Shown here one piece after another: positions 30,350 through 39,203 of a stretch of DNA of 64,000 nucleotides. The stretch spans positions 128,001-192,000 of the forward strand of contig JBIJDH010000005.1 in NCBI GenBank assembly GCA_044344255.1, in the 5' to 3' direction. Source of the stretch: Myxococcota bacterium. GTDB lineage: Bacteria; Myxococcota_A; UBA796; UBA2385. Position numbers and translations under genes: made by a program. Positions within the stretch are counted from its first letter, which is position 1; each line of letters begins with the position of its first letter. A model generated the notes under the pieces. That model was not told where the DNA came from. It searched no databases and worked only from the letters and a program-made list of their open reading frames with translations.

Positions 30350-31375
30350 TCATCGGCTCCACCAGAGCAGGGCGTGGGCGAAGAGGGGGGCCGTCAGCAG
30401 CAGGCTGTCGCAGCGGTCGAGGATCCCGCCCTGCCCGGGCAGCACGGAGCCCGTGTCTTTGACGCCGGCGTCTCGCTTCACGGCGGAGATCAGCAGGTCT
30501 CCCAGGAGCCCGAAGACGCTGATGCCGATCCCGATCAGCGCCGACAGGGCGGGGTGGAAGGGGCTCAGCCGCGACGAGATGGCCGCCGCGACCAGCCCGG
30601 TCACCAGGGCCCCGCCGATCAGGCCCTCCCAGGTCTTCTTCGGGCTCAGCACCGGAGAGAGCGTGTGGCGGCCGAAGAGCTTGCCGGAGACGTACTGCGC
30701 GGCGTCATTGGCCATCACGCAGAGGAGGAGCAGGGCGGCGAGGCCAGGCCCCCCGGCGGGGCCGACCCCAGCGGGGAGCTGGAAGATCCGCGCCACGTGG
30801 CTGAGGCCGAGCACGCAGAGCAGCACCCCGAGCTGGAGCCGCGGCACCGCCCCGAGCATCCCCTTGGGCCCCCGCAGGAAGGCGTGGGCGAGGGGCAGCG
30901 CCATGCCGATCCAGGCCGTGACCGCGGCGAAGAACAGGGTGGGGCCGCCGAAGGCGAGCGCCGCGTAGTGGATCGGCACCGCCGCGTAGGTCAGGGTGTC
31001 GGTGACCGGATGGCGGTCCTCTGCCGGGAGGAGGCCCATGTACTCGTGGAGGGTCCAGGCGCTCAAGGCGGCGAAGAGCCCGATCCCGGCGGGCGCCCCG
31101 ATCAACACCGTCGGGCCGCAGACCAGGGCGGGCGCCCACCAGGTGTTCACCGCCTGCCGGATGTTCCGAGCCTCGGGCCGCCGCAGGCGGGGGTGGAGCA
31201 GGGTGACCGCGCTGCAGGTGGCGATGAAGGCGTAGACGCTGAGCACCACGCCGAGTACGCCCGGGTCGAGAGACCGGCCGAGCGCCGGCGCCTCGCAGGC
31301 GCCGATGAGGGGCAGCAGCAGGGCGGCGACGAGGCGAGGATCGGGGAGCGCGCGGCGGTCGTTCGGGGTGTGCAT
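30350..31375 (-). CDS. Phosphatidate cytidylyltransferase (CdsA/YnbB family)
   Basis: NDAAQYVSGKLFG, SPKKTWEG, GDLLISAVKRDAGVKD.G..LPGQGGILDRCDS. Confidence 0.92.
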   Translation of the reverse strand: MHTPNDRRALPDPRLVAALLLPLIGACEAPALGRSLDPGVLGVVLSVYAFIATCSAVTLLHPRLRRPEARNIRQAVNTWWAPALVCGPTVLIGAPAGIGLFAALSAWTLHEYMGLLPAEDRHPVTDTLTYAAVPIHYAALAFGGPTLFFAAVTAWIGMALPLAHAFLRGPKGMLGAVPRLQLGVLLCVLGLSHVARIFQLPAGVGPAGGPGLAALLLLCVMANDAAQYVSGKLFGRHTLSPVLSPKKTWEGLIGGALVTGLVAAAISSRLSPFHPALSALIGIGISVFGLLGDLLISAVKRDAGVKDTGSVLPGQGGILDRCDSLLLTAPLFAHALLWWSR

Positions 31376-31532
31376 CGGCGGGGCTGCGGGCGCGGGGCGG
31401 CGAGGGGTGACTTGGGGTGCAGGACCGGCGGGGTGAGCGCGGCGGCGCCGACCTATCGCCGAGGCGCGCCGCGCGCCGCGCCGCCTCGCCCGGCGCGCGG
31501 CGTTAACGGTCGCGCCTGGAGCCTCGACCGTC

Positions 31533-32372
31533 ATGCCCGCCCCCGCTCGCCCCGCCCCCGCTCGGCCCGCCCCTGCTCGCCCCTCGCCGACCCCAACGCT
31601 CCGCTCGCTCCCGCTGTCCGCGCTCAAGCTCCGGGGCGAGCGCGCGCTGCGGTCGATCGGCCTCTATGAAGACCTCAAGCGCCTCCTCATCGAGGACGAC
31701 TTTCGCTTCCGCGTCCCCGAGGTGGGCTCCGTCCACGCCACCGCCGACCGCGTGCTCTTCCTCAACCTCACCTTCTGGGGGGCCGGCGAGGCCAGCGACG
31801 TGCTCGTCGAACCGGTCCTCGACGCCGACGTGCTCACCCACGCCGCCTGGCACCACGCCGCCCGGAGGGCCCTCGCCGACGGGGCCACCCCCTCCGCGGC
31901 GGCCCTCTTCCTCGGCGAGGCGGTCGCCAGCGCCTTTGACGCCTACCTCGTCGGCCAGCTCCTCCGTCAGGGGAAGCAGACGGACTTCCTCAAGACCCAG
32001 CTCCCGGCCATGACCGAGGCCATGCTGGGGGCCGGCCTCGAGGAGGAGGCCGTCCAGGCCCTCTTCGCGCGCATGGCCGAGGACCCGGACGCCGCCTTCG
32101 AGGCCCTGCGCGGGCTCCTCTTCGAGGTCTCCCTCGCCCTCTACCGGGCCCCCGACCTCGACGCCGCCGCCGCCGTCCTCGCCGCCGCCGCGGAGCACCC
32201 CTTCGCCGGCCTGCTGCACCACTACGCGCTCTCGGCCTGGGTGCTCTACGCCCGGGCCTACGCCGGCCCCGAGCGGGAGGTGGACCCTGCGGTGGAGCTC
32301 GACCGCGCCCTGCGGGCGGCCCCGGTGGCCCTCGACCACCTGGCCCAGGCCTGGCTGCGCGGTGGTGGGTGA
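31533..32372 (+). CDS. Conserved hypothetical helical protein
   Basis: Strong codon bias; RVLFLNLTFW, HAAWHH, GEAVASAFD. Confidence 0.7.
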   Translation: MPAPARPAPARPAPARPSPTPTLRSLPLSALKLRGERALRSIGLYEDLKRLLIEDDFRFRVPEVGSVHATADRVLFLNLTFWGAGEASDVLVEPVLDADVLTHAAWHHAARRALADGATPSAAALFLGEAVASAFDAYLVGQLLRQGKQTDFLKTQLPAMTEAMLGAGLEEEAVQALFARMAEDPDAAFEALRGLLFEVSLALYRAPDLDAAAAVLAAAAEHPFAGLLHHYALSAWVLYARAYAGPEREVDPAVELDRALRAAPVALDHLAQAWLRGGG

Positions 32373-32560
32373 GCGTGGGGCACGTCCGCCCGCGGCCCGC
32401 GAGTCGGCACGCGCTGGCGGCGGCCGCCCTGGGGATGGACCTCGGCAGCCCCTTTCAGCGGAGCCGCGGGGGCCCGGGGGGTTGGTGGATCCTCTCCGAG
32501 CCCGAGCTGCACCTGGGCGGTGACGTGCTCGTGCCTGAAGGTTCCCGAGATTGGGCGTAG
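32369..32560 (+). pseudogene. Uma2 endonuclease fragment
   Basis: PRPASRH...GGPGGWWILSEPELHLGGDVLVP is the myxobacterial Uma2 signature. It is cut at the PD motif and lacks the N-terminus. Confidence 0.75.
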
Positions 32561-32886
32561 CGTGGCGTCAAGGTCCAGGACGCAGGCCCCGCTCTCGCAG
32601 ACAGGAGGGGGATCGTCGCATTCGTCGGCGTCCGTGTAGGTGGCCTCGGGGAGGAATGTGGAGAACGACACCTTCGGTGTCGTCCGCATAGGCGGTCGAC
32701 AGGGTCCCCGTGGACTCGTCGGAGAAGGTCAACATGAGGGCCTCATTCGAGCTCGTCGTCGCTGCTGCTGGATCGTTCGGGAGGGTCGGCTGCCGGGCGC
32801 CCAACGGCCTGCGAGGCCCCAGAGGAGGGGGAGCCCTGTCCATCGCCCTCGGTGCCCACCGCCGCGGGCGGCGATAGCTCAGCCGG

Positions 32887-34122
32887 ATGGTGAGCCCCGT
32901 CCCTCCTCGCACCTCGCTCGGCCGTGACTGGCTCGTGCGGCTCCGTTGGGGGCAGCTCGTCGGGCTCTCGGCCACCGCGCTCTTTGGGGCCTTTGGGCTC
33001 GACCTCTCGCCGCAGCCCGCGGTGCTGGTGGGGCTGCTGGTGGCCATGGTGGCCTCGAACCTGGCCCTCGGGAGGAGCGAGCGGGAGGGCGCGCTCCCGG
33101 CGGCGATGCTGCTCGACCTTGGGCTGCTCACGGGGCTCTTGCTCGTGTCGGGCGGGGCGTCGAACCCCTTCAGCGTGCTCTACCTGCTGCACGTGGCGCT
33201 GGCGGCGGTGCTGTTGAGCCCGGGGTGGACCTCTGTCTTCACGCTGCTGGCGGTGCTCGGCTTCGGCGGGCTCTTCCCCTTTACGGACCCCCACGCCATG
33301 CACAAGGGCGGGGCGGGCGTGATGGCGGCTCACCTGTGGGGGATGTGGGCGGCCTTCGCGGTGACGGGGGCGGGCATCTCCTGGTTCGTCGCCCGCCTCG
33401 CCCGCGCGCTCCGAGATCGGGAGGCCGAGCTCGAGGGCCTCCGGCGGGATCGGGAGACGCGGGAGCGGGTGCTCAGCCTCGGCACCCTGGCGGCGGGGGC
33501 GGCGCATGAGCTCGGCTCGCCGCTCGCCGCGGTGGCGGTCTCGGCGCGGGAGGTGGAGTGGATGGCGGGCGACAACGTCGAGCTCCGCGAGGAGGCACGC
33601 TCGATCCGCGCGGCGGTCGAGCGGTGTAAGTCGATCGTCGGGCGGCTCACCCAGCGGGCCGGGGCCGGGCGGGCCGAGGCGGCGGAGGAGGTGGAGCTGT
33701 ACGGAATGTTATCGGCGTTACGCGATGAGCTCTCGCCAAAGGAGGCAGAGCGCTTGCGCCTCCCTGCCCCGGGCGAGGCAGCGTCGGTGCGCGCGCCGCC
33801 CGTGGCCCTGGCCGAGGCGCTGCGCTCCGTGCTCTCCAACGCCCTCCGCGCCGGCCCTGGGGAGGTCCGCGTGGAGGTCCGGGCCGAGGGGGCGACGCTC
33901 CGCCTGGAGGTGCAGGACGTGGGTGAGGGGATGGCGGCGGCCGTCCTGGCCCGGGCTGGTGAGCCCTTCTTCACCACCCGCCCGACCGGCGAAGGCATGG
34001 GCCTCGGCCTCTTCCTGGCTCGGCAGACCCTCGAGGGCCTGGGCGGCACCCTGCGCCTGCGGTCGAGCGCGGGGCGCGGTACGCAGGTCGAGCTGGTCAT
34101 CCCGCGGAGGAGCGAAGAATGA
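32887..34122 (+). CDS. regB: RegB/PrrB/ActS-family sensor histidine kinase
   Basis: WLVRLRW, SGGASNPF, AAGAAHELGSPL (H-box), EPFFTT, GMGLGLFL. Confidence 0.88.
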   Translation: MVSPVPPRTSLGRDWLVRLRWGQLVGLSATALFGAFGLDLSPQPAVLVGLLVAMVASNLALGRSEREGALPAAMLLDLGLLTGLLLVSGGASNPFSVLYLLHVALAAVLLSPGWTSVFTLLAVLGFGGLFPFTDPHAMHKGGAGVMAAHLWGMWAAFAVTGAGISWFVARLARALRDREAELEGLRRDRETRERVLSLGTLAAGAAHELGSPLAAVAVSAREVEWMAGDNVELREEARSIRAAVERCKSIVGRLTQRAGAGRAEAAEEVELYGMLSALRDELSPKEAERLRLPAPGEAASVRAPPVALAEALRSVLSNALRAGPGEVRVEVRAEGATLRLEVQDVGEGMAAAVLARAGEPFFTTRPTGEGMGLGLFLARQTLEGLGGTLRLRSSAGRGTQVELVIPRRSEE

Positions 34123-34721
34123 GCGTGTCCAGGTCGGCGGCGCCGGTCGTAGGGGAGGGGCGCAGCCTGCTCTTCGTGGAGGACGATGAGGCGCTGCGGG
34201 GCCGCCTCGCCCAGGCCCTGCGCCGCCGGGGCTTCGAGGTGACCGCCGTGGGCACCGCCGCCGAGGCGCGGGCCGAGGCGGCGCAGGAGAGCCCCGAGCT
34301 GGCCCTGCTCGACCTCCGCCTCCCCGATGAGGACGGCCTCGCCCTGGCGGCCTCGCTGCACGCCCTCGACCCCCGCACCCTCATCGTCATCCTCACCGGC
34401 TACGGCAGCATCCCCACGGCGCTGGAGGCGGTGCGGGTGGGCGTGACCTGGTTCATCACGAAGCCGGCGGACGCCGATGACGTGCTCGCGGCCTTCGCGC
34501 GCGGCGATGAGGGGCTGCGCCAGGCCCTCGGCCTCCCCGAGCCGGAGTCCCGGGCCGAGGTGGCGCCCCGCCCGGCGCCGACGCTGGCGCGCCTCGAGTG
34601 GGAGCACATCCAGCGGGTCCTCGCCGACTGCGGCGGCAACATCAGCCACGCCGCCGAGGCCCTCGGCCTGCACCGGCGCACGCTGCAGCGGAAGCTCTCG
34701 AAGCGGCCGAACCTCCGCTGA
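34119..34721 (+). CDS. regA: RegA/PrrA/ActR-family response regulator
   Basis: VEDD, DLRL, LTGYGSIPTA, KP; EWEHIQRVLADCGGNISHAAEALGLHRRTLQRKLSK (Fis-type HTH); ATGA overlap. Confidence 0.92.
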   Translation: MSVSRSAAPVVGEGRSLLFVEDDEALRGRLAQALRRRGFEVTAVGTAAEARAEAAQESPELALLDLRLPDEDGLALAASLHALDPRTLIVILTGYGSIPTALEAVRVGVTWFITKPADADDVLAAFARGDEGLRQALGLPEPESRAEVAPRPAPTLARLEWEHIQRVLADCGGNISHAAEALGLHRRTLQRKLSKRPNLR

Positions 34722-34736
34722 GCCCGGGGGCCTGGG

Positions 34737-34753
34737 TGCGACAACAGGCCGCA
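34737..34753. promoter_or_regulatory. RegA-type operator box TGCGAC-AACAG-GCCGCA
   Basis: Fits GCGnC-N5-GnCGC; the same motif recurs twice at 36587-36641. Confidence 0.7.
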
Positions 34754-34841
34754 GCGCCCGCGCCGGGTGGCGTGGATAGGCGGGTCCAGCGCTCGGGGGG
34801 CCCTCCTCCGAGGCCCCTCCTCGTCGCGTCCGGAGTGATCC

Positions 34842-35246
34842 ATGGTGCTGTTCCTGCTGCTCTTCGCCTGCAACAAGGGGGGTGACACCGGTGAGGCGGC
34901 CACGGCGCCCACGGTCGAGTGGCTCAACCCCATCGAGGGGGACAGCCTCACGGCGGGGCCACAGGCGGCCTCCCTGCTCGTTGAGCACTTCTCGCTCGTC
35001 GATCCGGCCAAACACAGCGAGGGCGGCGCGGCTGGGTACGTCGGCGTCTCGGTGGACGGCGCGGAGGTGCTGCTCACCGGCAGCACCACCTTTGAGTTCG
35101 ATCTCGTGGCCGGCGCCCACGAGATCGCCGCGACGCTGTACTACGACGACGGCGATGAGGTGAGCGCCAAGGACGGGCTCCTCTGTGAGGAGGGTGACGC
35201 CGGCTGCGCGACGGTCGAGGCGGTCGTCGCGGTCACCGTGAACTGA
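34842..35246 (+). CDS. Small lipoprotein, Ig-like, possibly metal-binding
   Basis: GGAG RBS; LLFAC lipobox; His and Cys residues. Confidence 0.65.
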   Translation: MVLFLLLFACNKGGDTGEAATAPTVEWLNPIEGDSLTAGPQAASLLVEHFSLVDPAKHSEGGAAGYVGVSVDGAEVLLTGSTTFEFDLVAGAHEIAATLYYDDGDEVSAKDGLLCEEGDAGCATVEAVVAVTVN

Positions 35247-35283
35247 AGGGGAGCGGCGCCCGCGTCCCGCCGACAGGTGGGCC

Positions 35284-36165
35284 TCAGGGCGTCCACAGGA
35301 CGCCCAGCCGCCCGTTGATCCAGGCGGGGGCCGCGCGGCCGAGCCCGCCGCCTGGCAGCTCGGCGCTGAGCGAGGGCAGGAGGCGGAGGGAGGGGCTCGG
35401 GCGGTAGGGCAGGGAGAGGCCGAGCTCGGCGGCCCAGGCCCCGCCCGTGTCGAACCAGGGGGCGGCGACGCCGAGCAGGTCGAGGCCCTCGGTGAGCGTC
35501 CAGCCGGCCACGAGGCTCGGGCGGAGGCGGTGCCCCGCGCCCGCCTCGAAGGGGTGCTGCCAGCCGAGGCCGAGCGCGTAGGGCCCCTGGCCGCTCCGGC
35601 CCTCATAGGACAGCGCGGCCGAGCCCACCAGCGCCCCGGCGCCGTGGACGTCGGCCCCCGTGACACCGTTGGCCTCGGCGGCCGAGCCGCCCGTCGGGAG
35701 GCTGAGGGCGACGGACAGGGCAGGGTCCCAGAGGTGGGGGCGCGGATCGCGGCCGCCGTCGCGGCGCGCCGACAGGCTGAGGTCCGCGAGGCCGAGATCG
35801 GCCTCCGCGGCGTCGCCGAGGCGATGGTCGAGGCGCTCCACCGGTAAGCCGGCTCCGAGCTGGAGCCGATCGGCCACCCGGAGCAGGAGCGCGGGCTGGA
35901 GCTGCAGCGCGCGGCGGTGGTCGGCCCCCGCCGGCGCCCAGGCGCCGTCGAGGCCATGGTTCCCCGTCCAGGCCCCGGCGCGGACGCCGAGGGCGAAGCC
36001 GAGGCGCTCCTCCGCGCCGAGCACCTCGGGGCTGGCGCCGCCGGCGGGCAGGCAGCAGGTGGCGGCTCGCGCAGATCCGCCCGTGAGCAGCCCCCCCGCC
36101 AACAGCGCGCCCCAGCGGCTGAGCCCGTGCGGCCGGTCGCGGGAGGCTCGAAGGGGAGGGGTCAC
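35284..36165 (-). CDS. Putative outer-membrane beta-barrel (MetA-pathway/SphA-like transporter) with N-terminal CC motif
   Basis: Signal peptide then TCC; GLADLSL and LSLPTG beta-barrel motifs; GTGA overlap with the upstream gene. Confidence 0.6.
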   Translation of the reverse strand: MTPPLRASRDRPHGLSRWGALLAGGLLTGGSARAATCCLPAGGASPEVLGAEERLGFALGVRAGAWTGNHGLDGAWAPAGADHRRALQLQPALLLRVADRLQLGAGLPVERLDHRLGDAAEADLGLADLSLSARRDGGRDPRPHLWDPALSVALSLPTGGSAAEANGVTGADVHGAGALVGSAALSYEGRSGQGPYALGLGWQHPFEAGAGHRLRPSLVAGWTLTEGLDLLGVAAPWFDTGGAWAAELGLSLPYRPSPSLRLLPSLSAELPGGGLGRAAPAWINGRLGVLWTP

Positions 36166-36551
36166 TCGACCTCGATCGTCAGCGTGTAACCTTCTGTTAT
36201 GGAGCCGTCGGACACCTCGCCCTCGATCTCCCAGGCGCCCGCCATGCTGAAGGAGAGAGGCACGGCGTAGTCCCCCTCCCCCTGCTCTTCGGCGGCCGTG
36301 GCCTCACCGCCGTGGTCCATGCCGCTCATGCTGGCGAGGGCGGTGACGACGAGCCCGGTCGCCGGCTCCCCCTCGGCCTCGACGTGGAGGTGCAGGGTCG
36401 ACTCGCCCTCCGAGAGCGGCGCCTCCGCGGTGGAGACGATCCAGGTGCCGCCGTCCGTCTCGGCATCGAGCACGAGCGTGTCGGGGCCGCAGGCGGCGAG
36501 CAGGAGGAGGGTGGGGGAGGCCAGGAGACGGGCGGTGCGGTGCGTGGACAT
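36162..36551 (-). CDS. YtkA/FixH-like lipoprotein with MxxMxH motif
   Basis: LAAC lipobox; SMSGMDHG; G.Y...L.FSMAGAWEI. Confidence 0.8.
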   Translation of the reverse strand: MSTHRTARLLASPTLLLLAACGPDTLVLDAETDGGTWIVSTAEAPLSEGESTLHLHVEAEGEPATGLVVTALASMSGMDHGGEATAAEEQGEGDYAVPLSFSMAGAWEIEGEVSDGSITEGYTLTIEVE

Positions 36552-36586
36552 GGGGCCTGGGTAGCGCGGCCGGCGCCGCCCGTGGA

Positions 36587-36641
36587 TGCGGCAAGGTGTC
36601 GCGGCCGCGGCGACGCTCAAGGGCTGCGACACCCTGCCGCA
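36587..36641. promoter_or_regulatory. Two inverted RegA-type boxes in a divergent promoter
   Basis: TGCGGCAAGGTGTCGCG (36587-36603) and TGCGACACCCTGCCGCA (36625-36641) are near-perfect reverse complements. Confidence 0.75.
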
Positions 36642-36700
36642 TGGGTGGGTCTCAGGCGAGCGGGTAGACGACTGGCTACCCTCTCTCCGTGAGCCCGCCG

Positions 36701-37597
36701 ATGCGCGACACCCTTGCCCTGTCTGTCCTCCTCACCCTCGCCGCCCCGCTCGCTTGCTCCGGCGACAAGGCAGACACGGGCTCCTCGGGCGGTCACCACG
36801 ATGGCGGATCAGACAGCGGGGGCGCGGAGGGGGTCGCCACCACCATTCAGTTCAGCGCGGGTGCGGGGGACACCCCCTTCTCCTGCACGACCCCGCTCAC
36901 CGGGCTCGGCCTCACGGCGACCACGTGGACGCCCTCCGATCTTCGGCTCTACCTCCATGGCTTCTCGCTGATCGACGCCGCCGGGGAGGCGACGCCCCTG
37001 ATCCTCGAACAGGATGGCCTCTGGCAGGTCGAAGACGTCGTGCTGCTCGACTTCGAAGACAAGACCGGGACCTGCTCCAACGGCACCACCGACCGGAATG
37101 ACCGGGTGGTGGGCACCGCCCCCGCGGGCGAGTGGACGGGCCTCCGCTTCTCGGTCGGTGTGCCCTTTGCGCTCAACCACGGCGACGCCGCCACCGCCCC
37201 TTCGCCCCTCAACCTGAGCTCGATGTTCTGGGGCTGGGAGGGCGGCTACAAGTTTGTGCGCATCGACGGCAGCAGCACGGGGCAGCCCGCGGTGCTCACC
37301 CACATCGGCTCGACGGGCTGCGTGGCGGGGGACGACGGCGAGATCACCGACTGCGCCCAGGAGAACGTCTCGACCCTGACGATCGAGGGCTTCGACCCTG
37401 CCGTGAACACCCTGCGGCTCGATCTGGCCGGCCTCTTCGCGGGCACTGACCTCGACGCCAACGCCGACGGCACCATGGGCATCTGCATGTCCGAGCCCTC
37501 CGATCCCGACTGCGGGCCGATCTTCGCGGCGCTCGGCATCGGCTTCGGCGGCGCGGCGGCAGACCCCACCGCGCAGACCACCTTCGTGGTGGAGTGA
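36701..37597 (+). CDS. mbnP: MbnP-family copper-binding lipoprotein (MXAN_0976/AZL_007920 type)
   Basis: LAC lipobox; DLRLYL, LLDFED..G.C, GVPFALNH, MFWGWEGGYKF (WxW), HIGSTGC, CMS....DC. Confidence 0.9.
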   Translation: MRDTLALSVLLTLAAPLACSGDKADTGSSGGHHDGGSDSGGAEGVATTIQFSAGAGDTPFSCTTPLTGLGLTATTWTPSDLRLYLHGFSLIDAAGEATPLILEQDGLWQVEDVVLLDFEDKTGTCSNGTTDRNDRVVGTAPAGEWTGLRFSVGVPFALNHGDAATAPSPLNLSSMFWGWEGGYKFVRIDGSSTGQPAVLTHIGSTGCVAGDDGEITDCAQENVSTLTIEGFDPAVNTLRLDLAGLFAGTDLDANADGTMGICMSEPSDPDCGPIFAALGIGFGGAAADPTAQTTFVVE

Positions 37598-38751
37598 GCG
37601 TGCGGGCCGCCGCGCTCGGGCTCCTGCTGCTCGCCTGCGCCGACAAGGGGGCCCGGAGCGGTGACTCGGACGCCGCCGACGGTTGGGACTGGGGCCTCCC
37701 CGAGGGCTTCCCCGAGCCGAACGTGCCCGTGGACAACCCCATGAGCGCCGCCAAGGTGGAGCTCGGCCGGTACCTCTTCTACGACGTGCGCCTCTCCTAC
37801 AACGAGACCCAGTCCTGCGGCACCTGCCACGAGCAGGACAAGGCCTTCACCGACGGGCGCGCCCAGGCCGAGGGCTCTACCGGCGAGGCGCACCGCCGCG
37901 GCTCGATGGCCCTCGGCAACGTCGCCTGGGCCTCGGGCCTCACCTGGGCCAGCGTCTCCGTGCGCACCCTCGAGGACCAGGCGCTGCTGCCGCTCTTCGG
38001 CGAGCACCCGGTCGAGCTCGGCATGGCGGGGCACGAGGATGAGCTCCTGCGGCGCTTCGCGGAGGACGCCGGTTACCGCGCGCTCTTCGGTGAGGTGTGG
38101 CCGGAGGACGCCGCGCCGGTCACCCTCGCCCACCTCGCCCAGGCCATCGCCGCCTTCGAGCGCTCGCTCGTCACCGCCGGCTCCCCCTACGACCGCTTCC
38201 GCTACGCCGATGACCCGGGCGCGATGTCGGCCTCGGCCCGTCAGGGGATGGGGCTCTTCTTCAGCGAAGAGCTGGAGTGCTTCCACTGCCACGGAGACCC
38301 GCTCTTCACGGACTCCACGGAGACGGCGACCTCCACCTTCGAGGAGCTCTTCTTCCACAACACCGGGCTCTACAACGTGGACGGGGCCGGCGCCTATCCA
38401 GAGCGGGATCAGGGCATCTTCGAGCAGACCGGCCTCGCGCTCGACATGGGGCGCTTCCGGGCGCCGCCGCTGCGCAACGTGGCGCTCACCGCGCCCTACA
38501 TGCACGACGGATCGATCCCGACGCTCGAGCTGGTGCTCGACCACTACGCGGCCGGCGGGCGGACCGTCTCGTCGGGGGAGGACGCGGGTGTGGGGAGCGA
38601 GAGCCCGGTGAAGAGCGAGCTCATCCAGGGCTTTGACCTCGATGAGGCGGACCGACAGCGCGTGATCGACTTCCTCCACGCGCTGACCGACGAGGGCTTC
38701 CTCACCGACGCGCGCTTCGGGCCGCCCGACTCCGCCTCTCCCCCGCTGTGA
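37594..38751 (+). CDS. mbnH: MbnH-family di-heme enzyme (bCcP/MauG superfamily, MXAN_0977 type)
   Basis: CGTCH and CFHCH heme motifs; LGRYLFYD, F.APPLRNVALTAPYMHDGS; GTGA overlap with mbnP. Confidence 0.92.
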   Translation: MSVRAAALGLLLLACADKGARSGDSDAADGWDWGLPEGFPEPNVPVDNPMSAAKVELGRYLFYDVRLSYNETQSCGTCHEQDKAFTDGRAQAEGSTGEAHRRGSMALGNVAWASGLTWASVSVRTLEDQALLPLFGEHPVELGMAGHEDELLRRFAEDAGYRALFGEVWPEDAAPVTLAHLAQAIAAFERSLVTAGSPYDRFRYADDPGAMSASARQGMGLFFSEELECFHCHGDPLFTDSTETATSTFEELFFHNTGLYNVDGAGAYPERDQGIFEQTGLALDMGRFRAPPLRNVALTAPYMHDGSIPTLELVLDHYAAGGRTVSSGEDAGVGSESPVKSELIQGFDLDEADRQRVIDFLHALTDEGFLTDARFGPPDSASPPL

Positions 38752-38791
38752 TGCTCCGCTGGGATTCTCCGCTGTGATTCTCCGCTGGGAT
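38743..38791. repeat. About 4 x 13-bp direct repeat CCGCTGKGATKCT
   Basis: ccgctgtgatgct ccgctgggattct ccgctgtgattct ccgctgggat. Confidence 0.85.
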
Positions 38792-38896
38792 GAGCGCGGA
38801 CCCGGCCCGATGCGCGGCGCGGTGCGCGCTCATCGCCGGCGGCGCGAAGAGCTGGACATAGCGGAGGTTGAACCGTTCGGCGGGGGTGCGGGGCGC

Positions 38897-38913
38897 CTGG
38901 CACGGCGCGTGCG
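38897..38913 (+). promoter_or_regulatory. Probable sigma54 promoter
   Basis: CTGGCACGGCGCGTGCG has GG-N10-GC spacing and two mismatches to the consensus; lies about 50 nt upstream of ATG 38964. Confidence 0.6.
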
Positions 38914-38963
38914 AAAGGGTCCTGCACGCCAACCCGGCGCCCACCAACCCCTGGAGCCCCCCC

Positions 38964-39080
38964 ATGAACGCCCCCGTCAAGCCCGTCTTCGCCGCCTCCG
39001 CTCGCTCCACCCTCTCCGTCACCGTCAAGACCGGCATCCGCGCTGGCCGGGCCGCCGAGGAGGAGCAGAAGCGCGGCTGA
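38964..39080 (+). CDS. Putative RiPP (graspetide) precursor peptide, 38 aa: MNAPVKPVFAASARSTLSVTVKTGIRAGRAAEEEQKRG
   Basis: GGAG RBS 7 nt before ATG; high-GC3 codons; followed by a hairpin, an oxygenase and an ATP-grasp gene. Confidence 0.75.
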   Translation: MNAPVKPVFAASARSTLSVTVKTGIRAGRAAEEEQKRG

Positions 39081-39090
39081 GGGACAGAGA

Positions 39091-39117
39091 CGGAGCGGGT
39101 CGATTCGGCCCGCTCCG
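39091..39117 (+). terminator. Stem-loop after the precursor gene (attenuator or mRNA stabiliser)
   Basis: CGGAGCGGGTCG-ATT-CGGCCCGCTCCG: 12-bp stem with one G:U pair, followed by gtcctttggctt. Confidence 0.65.
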
Positions 39118-39203
39118 GTCCTTTGGCTTCACTCGATCTCCCTCTCCCGCTCCCGCTCCCTCTCCCGCTCCCTCTCCCCGCGCTGCCGCTGCCGGAGCCC
39201 CTC

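Noticed and set aside
38964..39080. Methanobactin precursor MbnA
   Set aside because: No Cys residues and no mbnB/mbnC.
39123..39203. (LP)n N-terminal extension of the oxygenase
   Set aside because: More likely a non-coding CT-rich microsatellite, since a better RBS precedes GTG 39204.
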